This document shows, one piece after another, positions 8,968 to 17,875 of a stretch of DNA of 32,000 bases. The stretch covers positions 1,800,001 through 1,832,000 of the forward strand of contig NZ_AP028907.1 of NCBI RefSeq assembly GCF_036323395.1. The letters run 5' to 3'. How positions within the stretch are numbered: the stretch's first letter is position 1; each line of letters begins with the position of its first letter. A model generated the notes under the pieces. That model saw only the letters and a list, made by a program, of their open reading frames with translations, was not told where the DNA came from and did no database searches. The DNA comes from Pyrodictium abyssi (lineage in GTDB: Archaea; Thermoproteota; Thermoprotei_A; Sulfolobales; Pyrodictiaceae). The position numbers and the translations under genes were made by a program.

Positions 8968-9588
8968 GAATTTTCTCGCCACTACTATCCCCGCTTCTAG
9001 GAGCCTCGCCGCACACTTCCTGCAATAGCGCATGCTCTTCGCATCCACCTCTACTATGTTGTTGCTGAACCTCATAACGCAGACAGGGTTGGCGCAGTGG
9101 CCTAGGCCGAAGGCGTGGCCGAGCTCATGGAGGGCCTCCTTTAGTAGTCGTTCACGGTATAGTGCCAGGTCTGGGCCTAGCCCGTAGAACTCGGGGCGGA
9201 GACGCCGCGTATAGACTACAGCCACGCCCCCACCCACCATTGCCTGCCCGAAGACGAAGTTTAGGCCAGGGCTATAGGCATCAATGCTGGCAACTACCAG
9301 CGCGGCATCTACCCCAGTGCTCTGCCTCAGTCTAGCCGCCTCATCGAGCACCATCTCGCTCAGGTACTGGCCCCTCGCCGGGTCGTAGGCCCCGCGTGGC
9401 GGACTGAGCACAGAGCTGTAGACCTCTACCACCGCGTTTGCATAGGCCTCTGCGAGCCTGTCTGCTAGCCAGGCTACGTGGGCTAGCGGCTCGTCCCCCA
9501 TACCCGCTACGAGTATCCTAGGTGCCCCGGAGCCCAGTACTCTACACCTCTTTGCCGCTGTCTCTCTTCCTGCCCAGCTTCCTTTCAA
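8953..9588 (-). CDS. amzA: archaemetzincin, predicted zinc metalloprotease
   Basis: HELGHAFGLGHCANPVCVM followed by CRKC, the archaemetzincin pattern HExxHxxGxxHCxxxxCxM...CxxC. Confidence 0.93.
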   Translation of the reverse strand: MKGSWAGRETAAKRCRVLGSGAPRILVAGMGDEPLAHVAWLADRLAEAYANAVVEVYSSVLSPPRGAYDPARGQYLSEMVLDEAARLRQSTGVDAALVVASIDAYSPGLNFVFGQAMVGGGVAVVYTRRLRPEFYGLGPDLALYRERLLKEALHELGHAFGLGHCANPVCVMRFSNNIVEVDAKSMRYCRKCAARLLEAGIVVARKFLLTD

Positions 9589-10075
9589 CAGCCTTTTTGG
9601 CGCTAGAGGCTTTCCCTAGGCTCTTTAGGACAAGTCTACCTTCGCGTGTAAGAGGCTCGTCCAGGCCACGGTACCTCGCCGCGTAGAAGCGGTAGCTGGC
9701 AAGCGTCACCGCCACGGTCACGGCGAGCGAAGCCAGGTGGCTTGCTACCCCTCCTAGGGGGATGCTACCCATCAGCGACGCAATGCTCGACAGCGTCTTG
9801 CTCGCTGTGAACGCTGCGAGGTTGCACATGAGGGCTAGGAGCAGCGAGATGTAGGCTAGAAGCCCGATGCCGGGCAGCTTCTCCCCATGTCTACGTGCTA
9901 GCTCCACGTCGTGTATCCTACGCGCGAAGCCCCTACCAGCATTGATCGACAGTAGTACTCCTAGCGCCAGGCTCGCCAGCGATACGAGCTCTGCCAGGTG
10001 CTCCAGCCCACTGGGTAAGCCCGGTAGAGCTATTGCGCCGTGGACCAGGGCTATGGCCACGTTAGACTCCTCCAT
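9542..10075 (-). CDS. hypothetical membrane protein
   Basis: 177-aa ORF with about four hydrophobic segments, directly upstream of amzA on the same strand. Confidence 0.7.
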   Translation of the reverse strand: MEESNVAIALVHGAIALPGLPSGLEHLAELVSLASLALGVLLSINAGRGFARRIHDVELARRHGEKLPGIGLLAYISLLLALMCNLAAFTASKTLSSIASLMGSIPLGGVASHLASLAVTVAVTLASYRFYAARYRGLDEPLTREGRLVLKSLGKASSAKKAVERKLGRKRDSGKEV

Positions 10076-10348
10076 GACGAGCAGCCTTGCATGAGCCGCT
10101 GTAGGGGTCTACCTCGCTGCCGTCCAGGCCGCATAGTGCAGTCCTACCGCTAGCAGGAAGTACGCTAGACCTATGACCGCGGCGAGGAGTTGCCGTCTCG
10201 ACACCCACTCTACCCCGGCACGGGTGTAGCCGTAGCCCCGGGTTTTACCGTCTATGCCTCTAGCCTAGCGGGGCCGCGCCCTGAGGCTTCGGGAGGGTTT
10301 AATGTGGAGGGTGGCAGGGGCTAGCCCCGGGGAGAGGGCTAGAAGGCG

Positions 10349-11842
10349 ATGGACGCTTACCGGCTGCCTGGCTGGCTTCTGCGGGAGAAGCTCGTACAGG
10401 GCGAGATAGACGTAGCTGACTACGTTGCGTCGGTCTACGAGAGGATTGAGCGGCTAGACGGCCTCCTCAGAGCCTACATCACTGTGAGGCCGCGCGAGGA
10501 GGTTGAGGCTGAGGTCCGCCAGCGGGTTGAGAAGGCGAGGAGGAACGGCGGGCTGCCGCTCGCCGGGCTACTAGTGGCGGTAAAGGACGTTATACATGTG
10601 AAGGGGCTTCCGGTTACCTGTGGCTCCAAGATGCTGGGAAAGTACGTCGCCGTGTACGACGCCACGGTTGTCGAGAGGCTCCGTGAGGCCGGCGCAGTGG
10701 TGGTAGGCAAGACCAATATGGATGAGTTCGCGATGGGCTCCACCGGGGAGACGAGCGCCTATGGCGCGTCCCGTAACCCATGGAGCCCCGACCGCGTGCC
10801 CGGGGGGAGTAGCAGCGGCACCGCTGTAGCGCTAGCCGCTGGCATGGCTACCCTCGGGCTCGGCACCGACACCGGCGGCAGTATACGGATGCCGAGCGCG
10901 TGGACCGGGCTGTACGGGCTAAAGCCGACCTACGGGCTCGTGTCGCGCTACGGCCTAGTCTCCTACGCTGATAGCCTAGAGCAGATAGGCCCCATGGCAA
11001 GGAACACCAGGGACCTGGCCGCGCTACTCGAGGCCATAGCCGGGTTCGACCCGCGGGACTCCACAAGCCTTCCGGGCAAGCCTAGGGGCCTCGTAGAGGC
11101 CGCTGAGGAGGGGCTAAAGAACGGGGCTAGGGGCCTCCGGGTAGCCGTAGTCAAGGAGTTCATGGAGCACCCAGGCGTGCACGAGTCTGTGAAGAAGCTG
11201 GTAGAGGCCGCTGCCCGGCTCCTAGGCGACGCTGGAGCCGAGGTGGGCGAGGCCCGCCTCGGAAGGGAGGTACTCGAGTACAGCCTCCCGGCCTACTACG
11301 TCATAGCCATGGCCGAGGCTAGTAGCAACCTTGCCCGCTACGACGGCGTGAGGTACGGGCCCAGGGAGCCGCCACAGCCCTGGGAGGGCTGGAACACTTA
11401 CTACTCCCGTATACGCGCCAAGTACTTCGGCGCAGAGGTGAAGCTCAGGATAATGCTCGGCTCCTGGATGCTCAGCAGCGGGTACCGCGACCAGTACTAC
11501 ATACGCGCGCTCAAGATGAGGCGCATAGTCCGCGACCGCGTACTAGCCCTTCTGGAGGAGTACGACCTGCTCCTAGCCCCAGCAGTGGTCGCGCCACCGC
11601 CGCGTCTAGGCGAGGTGGTGGACGACCCGGAGAGGATGTACGCTCTCGACCTGGCGACCGTGGTGGCTAACCTGTCCGGTGTACCCGCCGCTGCCGCCCC
11701 GGCAGGCAGGGTGGACGGTATACCTCTAGGAGTGCAGTTGATAGCTAGGCCTTTAGGCGAGGACAGGCTGCTACGCGCTCTCGGGGCCCTGGAGGCTGTA
11801 AGCGGGCTCGCAGACCTCGTGGCGGAGCCCGCCACGGGCTAG
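10349..11842 (+). CDS. gatA: Asp-tRNA(Asn)/Glu-tRNA(Gln) amidotransferase subunit A
   Basis: Amidase signature VAVKDVIHVKGLPVTCGSKML, GGSSSGTAVALAAG, GTDTGGSIRMPSAWTGLYGLKPTYGLVSRYG. Confidence 0.97.
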   Translation: MDAYRLPGWLLREKLVQGEIDVADYVASVYERIERLDGLLRAYITVRPREEVEAEVRQRVEKARRNGGLPLAGLLVAVKDVIHVKGLPVTCGSKMLGKYVAVYDATVVERLREAGAVVVGKTNMDEFAMGSTGETSAYGASRNPWSPDRVPGGSSSGTAVALAAGMATLGLGTDTGGSIRMPSAWTGLYGLKPTYGLVSRYGLVSYADSLEQIGPMARNTRDLAALLEAIAGFDPRDSTSLPGKPRGLVEAAEEGLKNGARGLRVAVVKEFMEHPGVHESVKKLVEAAARLLGDAGAEVGEARLGREVLEYSLPAYYVIAMAEASSNLARYDGVRYGPREPPQPWEGWNTYYSRIRAKYFGAEVKLRIMLGSWMLSSGYRDQYYIRALKMRRIVRDRVLALLEEYDLLLAPAVVAPPPRLGEVVDDPERMYALDLATVVANLSGVPAAAAPAGRVDGIPLGVQLIARPLGEDRLLRALGALEAVSGLADLVAEPATG

Positions 11843-11893
11843 CTTATACATGGCTGTGCGGCTCTGGGGGAAGTCTGATATAGGGGGCGCAGA

Positions 11894-11911
11894 GTGGGAA
11901 CGGCTTCCCAC
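11894..11911. repeat. perfect hairpin, 7-bp stem and 4-nt loop
   Basis: gtgggaa-cggc-ttcccac in the gatA downstream intergenic region. Confidence 0.7.
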
Positions 11912-11987
11912 GGAGCTGTTTCTTCGGGGCGCTGCGGCCCCGCGGGGCCCATGCGACTACATGGAATTGGGTATTGGTGGGTAGGTC

Positions 11988-12377
11988 TTGGCGGCTAAGG
12001 AGCTGAGGGGTGGCGGGGGCTCCAAGCCCCGGAGCTGGAGCCCCTCAACCCTACTTGAGGCCCTACGCACGAGCTTTGACGACCTGGAGGCCTACGCATA
12101 CATCAACGGGGGTGAGCTCATACTCCGCTCGGAGTACGAGCTTATAGTCATCCGTGTCCCGAGCAGCCTAGTCTACTGGGACCTTGAGGCGTACCTCTAC
12201 AAGCTCGGGGCCCAGGTGTATGAGTGCCGCCGGGGCATAGGCTTCATACTCCCCACGGTCTCGGGCCCGAGGCTGGTCTTCCACGCTCGGATAATACACC
12301 GGGAGGACGGCAAGGCCTACATAGCCATAGAGCCGCGTGGCGTCGCTACACGCGGAGAAAAGCCGAAACTATGCTAA
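11988..12377 (+). CDS. conserved hypothetical protein
   Basis: 129-aa ORF with good archaeal-like composition; no family recognised. Confidence 0.65.
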   Translation: MAAKELRGGGGSKPRSWSPSTLLEALRTSFDDLEAYAYINGGELILRSEYELIVIRVPSSLVYWDLEAYLYKLGAQVYECRRGIGFILPTVSGPRLVFHARIIHREDGKAYIAIEPRGVATRGEKPKLC

Positions 12378-12532
12378 GGGGCGCCGGAAACACCCCTACA
12401 CTCACGTTTTGATCCCCGGCTATGGGGGCTGCATCAATAAGCCGTTGGCCCTGCCACAGCATGGCGCGGGTACTCGTTTCCGGCAAAAACACGGAGGCCG
12501 CCTGGCTCGGTCTTTCGCGATGCTCCTTGTGC

Positions 12533-13537
12533 CTATTGTTTCTCGGCGCGGTAGCGCTCGGCTATGGTGGCGACTATCCTTGTCTTCTCTATCGCGTAGT
12601 TGAGCGGTATGAGGTCTAGCCAGGCACTGGTTGTTACTAGGAGCTTCTCGGCCCCGGTCGCCTCTACAGCCTTGTCGAGCGTCTCTCTGGCCTTCTCGTA
12701 GCTGTCCGGGTATATGTCGCGGGCCTGGACTATGCCAGCTCCGAGCCCGTGGCCGCCGAGGCCCTTGGCCTGGAGGAGCTGGAGAGCCTTAGCGGGGTTG
12801 TCGGCCATGCTCAGCACTATGTAGTCGGCCTTGACGCTGAGCAGTTTCTCGTATACCTGGGGCTCCGGGACGTTGTAGGGTATGGCCAGCCTCGTCGCAG
12901 CGCCCTTAGCGGACGCTGCACCCAGGATGCGGGAGGCCAGCTCTGCTGCTAGCTCCGCGTCGTCGGGAGTAGCGTCCACGTCTGCTAGGAAGGGCTCGTC
13001 TACCTGTACTACTGCTGCGCCTGCCTCAGCCGCTTTCTCGACCTCCCTGGCCAGTATTGCCGCTATCTCTGCTGCTAGCTCTTCTAGGCTTCTCCCCGTC
13101 ATGTTCTTGGAGAGCTTGGCGAAGGTTACTGGGCCCGGGAGGACTATCTTCAGCCTAGCGAACTTGGGCAGCACCTTCTTCAGCTGTATGACGCGGGGCG
13201 GCGTTACCAGCTTCTTCGGGTCGGGCATGTCTGTGAACACTGGTATACGGTAGAAGAAGTTGTTGTCGAACCAGCGTAGGAGCCCGTCTACGGCTACGTT
13301 GCGCCAGGCCTCGGCGAAGGGCCGTAGAGGATCGTGCCAGTCTATTACCGGGTCTACCACGGTTGTTAGCCCGGCGCCGAGCTGCGCGCCTACCACTAGC
13401 AGTGTGTCCTCCCACACTGTCCTGGCTACGTCCACGAAGCCCTCCTCGGCCTTCTCCTCGAAGCGGCGTAGGGTCTTGCGGACGCGCTCGCTCCTCGGGT
13501 AGCCGCCTAGTACCTCTGCCTCAACGACTAGGGGCAT
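12533..13537 (-). CDS. MetE-like (cobalamin-independent methionine synthase superfamily) protein without Cys ligands
   Basis: TIM-barrel-like sequence with KIVLPGPVTFAKLSKN, VQVDEPFLA and LVTTSAWLDLIP; no cysteine anywhere in the translation. Confidence 0.8.
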   Translation of the reverse strand: MPLVVEAEVLGGYPRSERVRKTLRRFEEKAEEGFVDVARTVWEDTLLVVGAQLGAGLTTVVDPVIDWHDPLRPFAEAWRNVAVDGLLRWFDNNFFYRIPVFTDMPDPKKLVTPPRVIQLKKVLPKFARLKIVLPGPVTFAKLSKNMTGRSLEELAAEIAAILAREVEKAAEAGAAVVQVDEPFLADVDATPDDAELAAELASRILGAASAKGAATRLAIPYNVPEPQVYEKLLSVKADYIVLSMADNPAKALQLLQAKGLGGHGLGAGIVQARDIYPDSYEKARETLDKAVEATGAEKLLVTTSAWLDLIPLNYAIEKTRIVATIAERYRAEKQ

Positions 13538-13638
13538 ACCAGCGGCACCCGCGGAGGGCCTAGAGGGGCCTGGAGAATAGAAGCCTACCCCTCAGCCATC
13601 GCCGCCCTACTACTACACGGCCGCCCATGCCCTGGCCT

Positions 13639-14778
13639 CTAGAGCATAGATGGGGCGAAGAGCACTATGAAGTAGATTACCAGCAGCACTAGCCCGAAGG
13701 GTACGCCAATCCGCGCCCACTCCTTGGAGGTTATCCCTAGCCTGCCTGCCGCCACTATGTTGGGTATGTTGCCTGGTATCAGCATGCCGCCGGATATTAT
13801 GAGGCTTAGGAGAGCAGCCTTTATCTGGTCTATGTGGAGGTACGGGCCTATCTCCGCAGCCGTTAGCGTCGCGTTGTCTACAGCAGCTGATATCATGTTG
13901 ACCCAGTAGAGTATGTACGATGGTATCCTAGTGAAGTACCACTCGACGAAGGGCATGAAGCTCGTGCCTAACAGCTCTAGCGCTGCGACGAACACATAGA
14001 CGCGGACCGCGCGGAGGATTACGCTGCGCAGCGTCCCCGCATACTCTATGCCCTCTGCCATGCTGCTGCGTACTGACTCCGCTGCGCCCTTGGCGGCGCG
14101 GATCGCCGTATAGGCTGCGACTGCTATGACGCCGGGTATGATGTAGGGGCCTAGGAGTCTTAGGAGGAAGTCGAACCCTGCATGGTAGGGCGGTCCAGAG
14201 AGCTTGCTTACCGCTATGGTGGCGAGGGGTTCGCCTACGGGTGTCAGTGCAGCGCCCATGCCAAGGGCGAATGCCGCTAGCACAGTGGCTTCTACCTTCT
14301 TCTGCCGTGTAAGCGGGAGCGCCGCCATGACCTCGGCGAATACCACAGCAGCTACTATCACTGATATAATGCTGCTAGTGAGGCCTAGGAGGGTCACTAT
14401 CACGAAGAGGAAGCCGCGTATCCCTAGCTTCTCGAGCAGCCTGCCTATTCCATGGTATATAGGGCCATGGTACTTGTAGAATACGAGGCCTGCTACCAAC
14501 ACTACCTGCGTTATGCCGATTGGCATCCCATGCAGCATTACCGGTGTTAAGAGCGCGCGCTTGACTAGCTCGCCTACCTCGCCTGGGGGGAGAATACCGG
14601 CTAGATAAATCACTATACTACCGATTATACCCATTACTAGGAAGAATGGTTCGAGGTTCTCCTCTATCTTTCTAGACACCATTGGAAGCACAAGCACCAT
14701 AGCTAGTATAGCGCCGAGAACCGCGACGACGCTCATAACGGGTTCTTCCGGGATATTGAGCGCGACGAGCCCAGCCAT
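13639..14778 (-). CDS. predicted cation transporter, DUF1646/COG4756-like
   Basis: About 10 hydrophobic helices; GALAAGMGAALTPVGEPLATIA-like core (FALGMGAALTPVGEPLATIAVSKL). Confidence 0.8.
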   Translation of the reverse strand: MAGLVALNIPEEPVMSVVAVLGAILAMVLVLPMVSRKIEENLEPFFLVMGIIGSIVIYLAGILPPGEVGELVKRALLTPVMLHGMPIGITQVVLVAGLVFYKYHGPIYHGIGRLLEKLGIRGFLFVIVTLLGLTSSIISVIVAAVVFAEVMAALPLTRQKKVEATVLAAFALGMGAALTPVGEPLATIAVSKLSGPPYHAGFDFLLRLLGPYIIPGVIAVAAYTAIRAAKGAAESVRSSMAEGIEYAGTLRSVILRAVRVYVFVAALELLGTSFMPFVEWYFTRIPSYILYWVNMISAAVDNATLTAAEIGPYLHIDQIKAALLSLIISGGMLIPGNIPNIVAAGRLGITSKEWARIGVPFGLVLLVIYFIVLFAPSML

Positions 14779-15012
14779 GCCCGCTGCACCCGGTAGCGTT
14801 TCTGTTGCCAGCCCCGGGAGGCATAATACAAGCTAGCTGCTGGTTTGCCCGGCAGGGGCTCAAAAGCAGTGCGCCGCCACACGATGGGCGGCTCCGGGAG
14901 TGCAAGGGCTCATCAGCCCAGGGGCTCAGGAGGCTCAGGCGGTCTTCACCGCCGCCCCGTGGGCCGGCGAGCCCTCCTTAGCACAGCTGTGTGACGTGTA
15001 ACACTTCCCGGG

Positions 15013-15019
15013 TTTAAGG
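15013..15019 (+). promoter_or_regulatory. candidate TATA box upstream of the ThiS-like gene
   Basis: 'gggtttaagg' about 35 nt before the ATG at 15051 in a divergent intergenic region. Confidence 0.35.
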
Positions 15020-15050
15020 GGCTCTCCCGGGCTCAGGGTGAATAGCTGCT

Positions 15051-15257
15051 ATGGCGATACGGGTCAAAGTTATAGGCTCGCCTAGCGAGAAGCTCGTCGA
15101 GCACCGCGAGGGCATGACTGTAGGCGATGTCCTGCGCGAGCTGGGGCTGCTCAGCAGCGAGTACGTAGTGGCCCGGAACGGCCGAGTCGTGGCCGAGGAC
15201 GAGCCCGTGGAGGACGGCGACGAGATAGTACTGTACCCGGTGGTGTCGGGTGGCTAG
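15051..15257 (+). CDS. ThiS/MoaD/Urm1-like ubiquitin-fold sulfur carrier (TtuB-like)
   Basis: 68 aa, beta-grasp pattern ending in VVARNGRVVAEDEPVEDGDEIVLYPVVSGG with terminal Gly-Gly. Confidence 0.92.
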   Translation: MAIRVKVIGSPSEKLVEHREGMTVGDVLRELGLLSSEYVVARNGRVVAEDEPVEDGDEIVLYPVVSGG

Positions 15258-16296
15258 ATGCAGCGTATGCGGCAAGCCCGCGGTCTATGTTAACCGCGCT
15301 GCCGGGCTGGCCCTATGCCAGCGCCACTTCCTCGAGTACTTCGACCGCAAGGTGCGCCGGACAATACGCAAGTACAAGTTGTTCAGGCCCCGGGAGCACA
15401 TCGTGGTCGCCGTCTCCGGTGGGAAGGACTCTATGGCGCTTCTCCACTACCTCCACAACCTGGCAAAGCGGGTACCCGGCTGGAGGGTCACCGCGCTCCT
15501 CGTAGACGAGGGCATCAGAGGCTACCGTGAGTACACCGTCAAGAGGCTCGTGGACTACGCTGAGGAGCACGGCATCGAGTACCACATAGCGAGGTTCAAG
15601 GACTACGTGGGCTATACGCTAGACGAGATAGTGCGCAGGGGGAGGGAGCTCGGCCTACCATACCTCCCGTGCACCTACTGCGGCGTACTACGCCGATACA
15701 TCATGAACCGCGCTGCCCGGGAGATAGGGGCCACCGTGATAGCTACGGGCCACAATCTGGACGACATAGTGCAGACGTTCCTCATGAATATACTGGGCAA
15801 CGACTGGGCCAAGATAGTCCGGCTAGGCCCTATCTCGGGGCCTGCGAGCCACCCCCGCTTTGTGCGCAAGGTTAAGCCCTTCTACGAGGTACTGGAGAAG
15901 GAGACTACGCTCTACGCGGTGATCCACGGGCTCTACACGGGGTTCGAGGAGTGCCCGTACGCGCAGATGAGTATACGCTGGACTGTACGCCGCATGATAA
16001 ACGAGCTGGAAGAGCGCAGCCCCGGGGTAAAGTACTCGCTCCTGAGGAGCCTGGAGACAGCCATCAACATGCTACGGAGACAGGGCATAGGAGAGCCAGA
16101 CGAGGAGGAGGGGCTCTACAGCTGCGCGCTCTGCGGCGAACCAGCCGCGCACCCGATATGCCGGGCGTGCCAGCTCCGGCTACAGCTAGGCATAATGGAG
16201 GTAAGCCCGGAGAAGCTGGAGAGCTTGCCGCCGGAGGCGCGCCGCATGGCTGAGAGCGCGCTGAGGCTGTCCGAGGAGAGAAGCAGGCGCCGGTGA
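15250..16296 (+). CDS. ttuA: tRNA 2-thiolation protein TtuA/Ncs6 family (TIGR00269-like)
   Basis: N-terminal zinc finger CSVCGKP...CQRH, PP-loop VAVSGGKDSMALL, PCTYCGVLRR, C-terminal CALCGEPAAHPICRAC. GTG start overlapping thiS-like gene by 8 nt. Confidence 0.92.
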   Translation: MARCSVCGKPAVYVNRAAGLALCQRHFLEYFDRKVRRTIRKYKLFRPREHIVVAVSGGKDSMALLHYLHNLAKRVPGWRVTALLVDEGIRGYREYTVKRLVDYAEEHGIEYHIARFKDYVGYTLDEIVRRGRELGLPYLPCTYCGVLRRYIMNRAAREIGATVIATGHNLDDIVQTFLMNILGNDWAKIVRLGPISGPASHPRFVRKVKPFYEVLEKETTLYAVIHGLYTGFEECPYAQMSIRWTVRRMINELEERSPGVKYSLLRSLETAINMLRRQGIGEPDEEEGLYSCALCGEPAAHPICRACQLRLQLGIMEVSPEKLESLPPEARRMAESALRLSEERSRRR

Positions 16297-16317
16297 GCCG
16301 CCCTGGGGTGTAGCGCG

Positions 16318-16809
16318 GTGGGGTGTAGTGGCTGCTTCTACAAGCTGCCTAGACTTATGGACGTGAACGTTGCCTCCCGGTACATACGTTCTAGGAGGAA
16401 GCTCCTCGTAGTGGGCAGGTGCGTTGAGGCGGAGAAGCCCTGGGCGCTAGAGATGTTCCCTGAGGACGAGTATGCCAGACTCAGCATTTGCCTAGAGGAG
16501 GAGCACGTCAATATGGCTGGGTTCAAGCTGGCTGGCATACTTGCCCGCGTGGATCTCGACGAGGTCGCCGTGCTGACTACTGATGGGAGTATGCATTGCG
16601 TCCAGCTACACTTCATGGTGGAGGAGGTGTTCAGGATCGCCCGGCCTCGTGCTCAGCGGCGCCACTTTGTCGCTGAGGGTGGCCGTGTCGTCGAGGTGCC
16701 CGCCGAGGCTGTGAAGACTGCTCGTTACCTCTCCCGTGTGGCCCGGCTGCTCTCCGCCTCGCAGAAGAACGACTCCTCGTGTACCTCTTCTCGTGGCGGC
16801 TCCTCCTAG
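16318..16809 (+). CDS. hypothetical protein with N-terminal CxxC
   Basis: MGCSGCFYKLPRL..., GTG start, closely follows ttuA. C-terminus overlaps the convergent transporter ORF. Confidence 0.65.
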   Translation: MGCSGCFYKLPRLMDVNVASRYIRSRRKLLVVGRCVEAEKPWALEMFPEDEYARLSICLEEEHVNMAGFKLAGILARVDLDEVAVLTTDGSMHCVQLHFMVEEVFRIARPRAQRRHFVAEGGRVVEVPAEAVKTARYLSRVARLLSASQKNDSSCTSSRGGSS

Positions 16810-17713
16810 ACTGTCTCTCCGGCACTAGGACTACAAGGGCGCGTAGGAGCTCGGGTATCTCGTGGACGAGCCGTCTAGCTATCCTCATAGACTCGCGGTA
16901 GGCTACGCCCAGGGTCATGCCGGGCGGGGCTTCTATCCAGAGCTCCACTTCGCGGAACGTACCGTAGCTCTCTACTCGTAGCCTCCGTATCCGCTGGTAC
17001 CTGGAGGCGCGGCGTAGCGTGTCCTCTATCTTGACCACCATGTCGCGGTAGTCGTTCCTCGGCACCACGCCTATGAGGTGCATAGCCGCCTCGCGCGCTA
17101 TACCGATGAGCCCATAGACCACGTATGCGCCCATCGCTACCGCTGCTAGCCTCTCGGGCGTAGCTGCGCCGAGGAGGTTCGACACAAGGATGGCAAGACC
17201 ACCACCAATCTCGAAGACTATGTCCAGCTTAAGCTTCTCGGCTATCATCCGCACTGCCACTATATCTAGCTCTATGCGGCGGAGGCTACGGATGGACAGC
17301 TTCTCGAGAAGATAGCTCGTAACGCCGCTTAGGAGCGGGTACGCTGCTAGTATAGCTGGGGTCGGCTCTACGTGGCTCGACGCTAGGTTGCGCACAGCGA
17401 CTATAAGGGAGACAAACACCGCTACTATGGCTGCTACTAGCACCGCGAGCGACTCTAGGCGTAGTATCTCGTAGCGCGCCCGGTACACGATTGTACGCGA
17501 GGCTGCCACCTTGAAGGCTAGGGCCAGCCCACCGAAGCTCATAGCCTCTATGAGCCAGACAAACGACTCCATAAGTATTACGTCTGACGGCTCGTAGAGG
17601 TAGATCAGCATACCCAGTATGGATAGAGCTAACGAGACCGTGGCCACTATGTATGTCGAGCGCAGTACACCGGTTGCCGTTAGAATCTTCCTCACTGCTA
17701 GCCTCCTAACCAT
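16631..17713 (-). CDS. cation diffusion facilitator-like transporter
   Basis: Multiple TM helices followed by a CDF-type cytoplasmic domain (VVPRNDYRDMVVKIEDTLRRASRYQRIRRLRVESYGTFREVELWIEAPPGMTLGVAYRESMRIARRLVHEIPELLRALVVLVP). The track starts at 17734 (GTG); the ATG at 17713 is a likely start. Confidence 0.75.
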   Translation of the reverse strand: MVRRLAVRKILTATGVLRSTYIVATVSLALSILGMLIYLYEPSDVILMESFVWLIEAMSFGGLALAFKVAASRTIVYRARYEILRLESLAVLVAAIVAVFVSLIVAVRNLASSHVEPTPAILAAYPLLSGVTSYLLEKLSIRSLRRIELDIVAVRMIAEKLKLDIVFEIGGGLAILVSNLLGAATPERLAAVAMGAYVVYGLIGIAREAAMHLIGVVPRNDYRDMVVKIEDTLRRASRYQRIRRLRVESYGTFREVELWIEAPPGMTLGVAYRESMRIARRLVHEIPELLRALVVLVPERQSRRSRHEKRYTRSRSSARRRAAGPHGRGNEQSSQPRRAPRRHGHPQRQSGAAEHEAGRS

Positions 17714-17773
17714 GATGCCCACCCCATACAACACTGCTTCATCACGCTGGGAGTCAGAAATAATACCTGGACA

Positions 17774-17782
17774 AGCATTTAT
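17774..17782 (-). promoter_or_regulatory. candidate TATA box for the CDF-like gene
   Basis: Minus strand 'ggataaatgc' upstream of the start codons. Confidence 0.35.
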
Positions 17783-17853
17783 CCAAGGTAGCCGTCGGTT
17801 GCAACGTGTACAACGTTTCTATCCATCTTCTCCATGACAGTAGACAGCCGCAG

Positions 17854-17875
17854 AGGAGGCTGCAGGCAGCCGCCT
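17854..17875. repeat. inverted repeat, 9-nt arms with one mismatch
   Basis: aggaggctg-cagg-cagccgcct in the divergent region before the P-type ATPase. Confidence 0.6.

Noticed and set aside
10087-10290. Possible short membrane ORF on the minus strand (…VSRRQLLAAVIGLAYFLLAVGLHYAAWTAAR)
   Set aside because: The frame has a hydrophobic stretch but only a late GTG start giving about 30 aa, with no clear promoter; too weak to list as a gene without conservation data.
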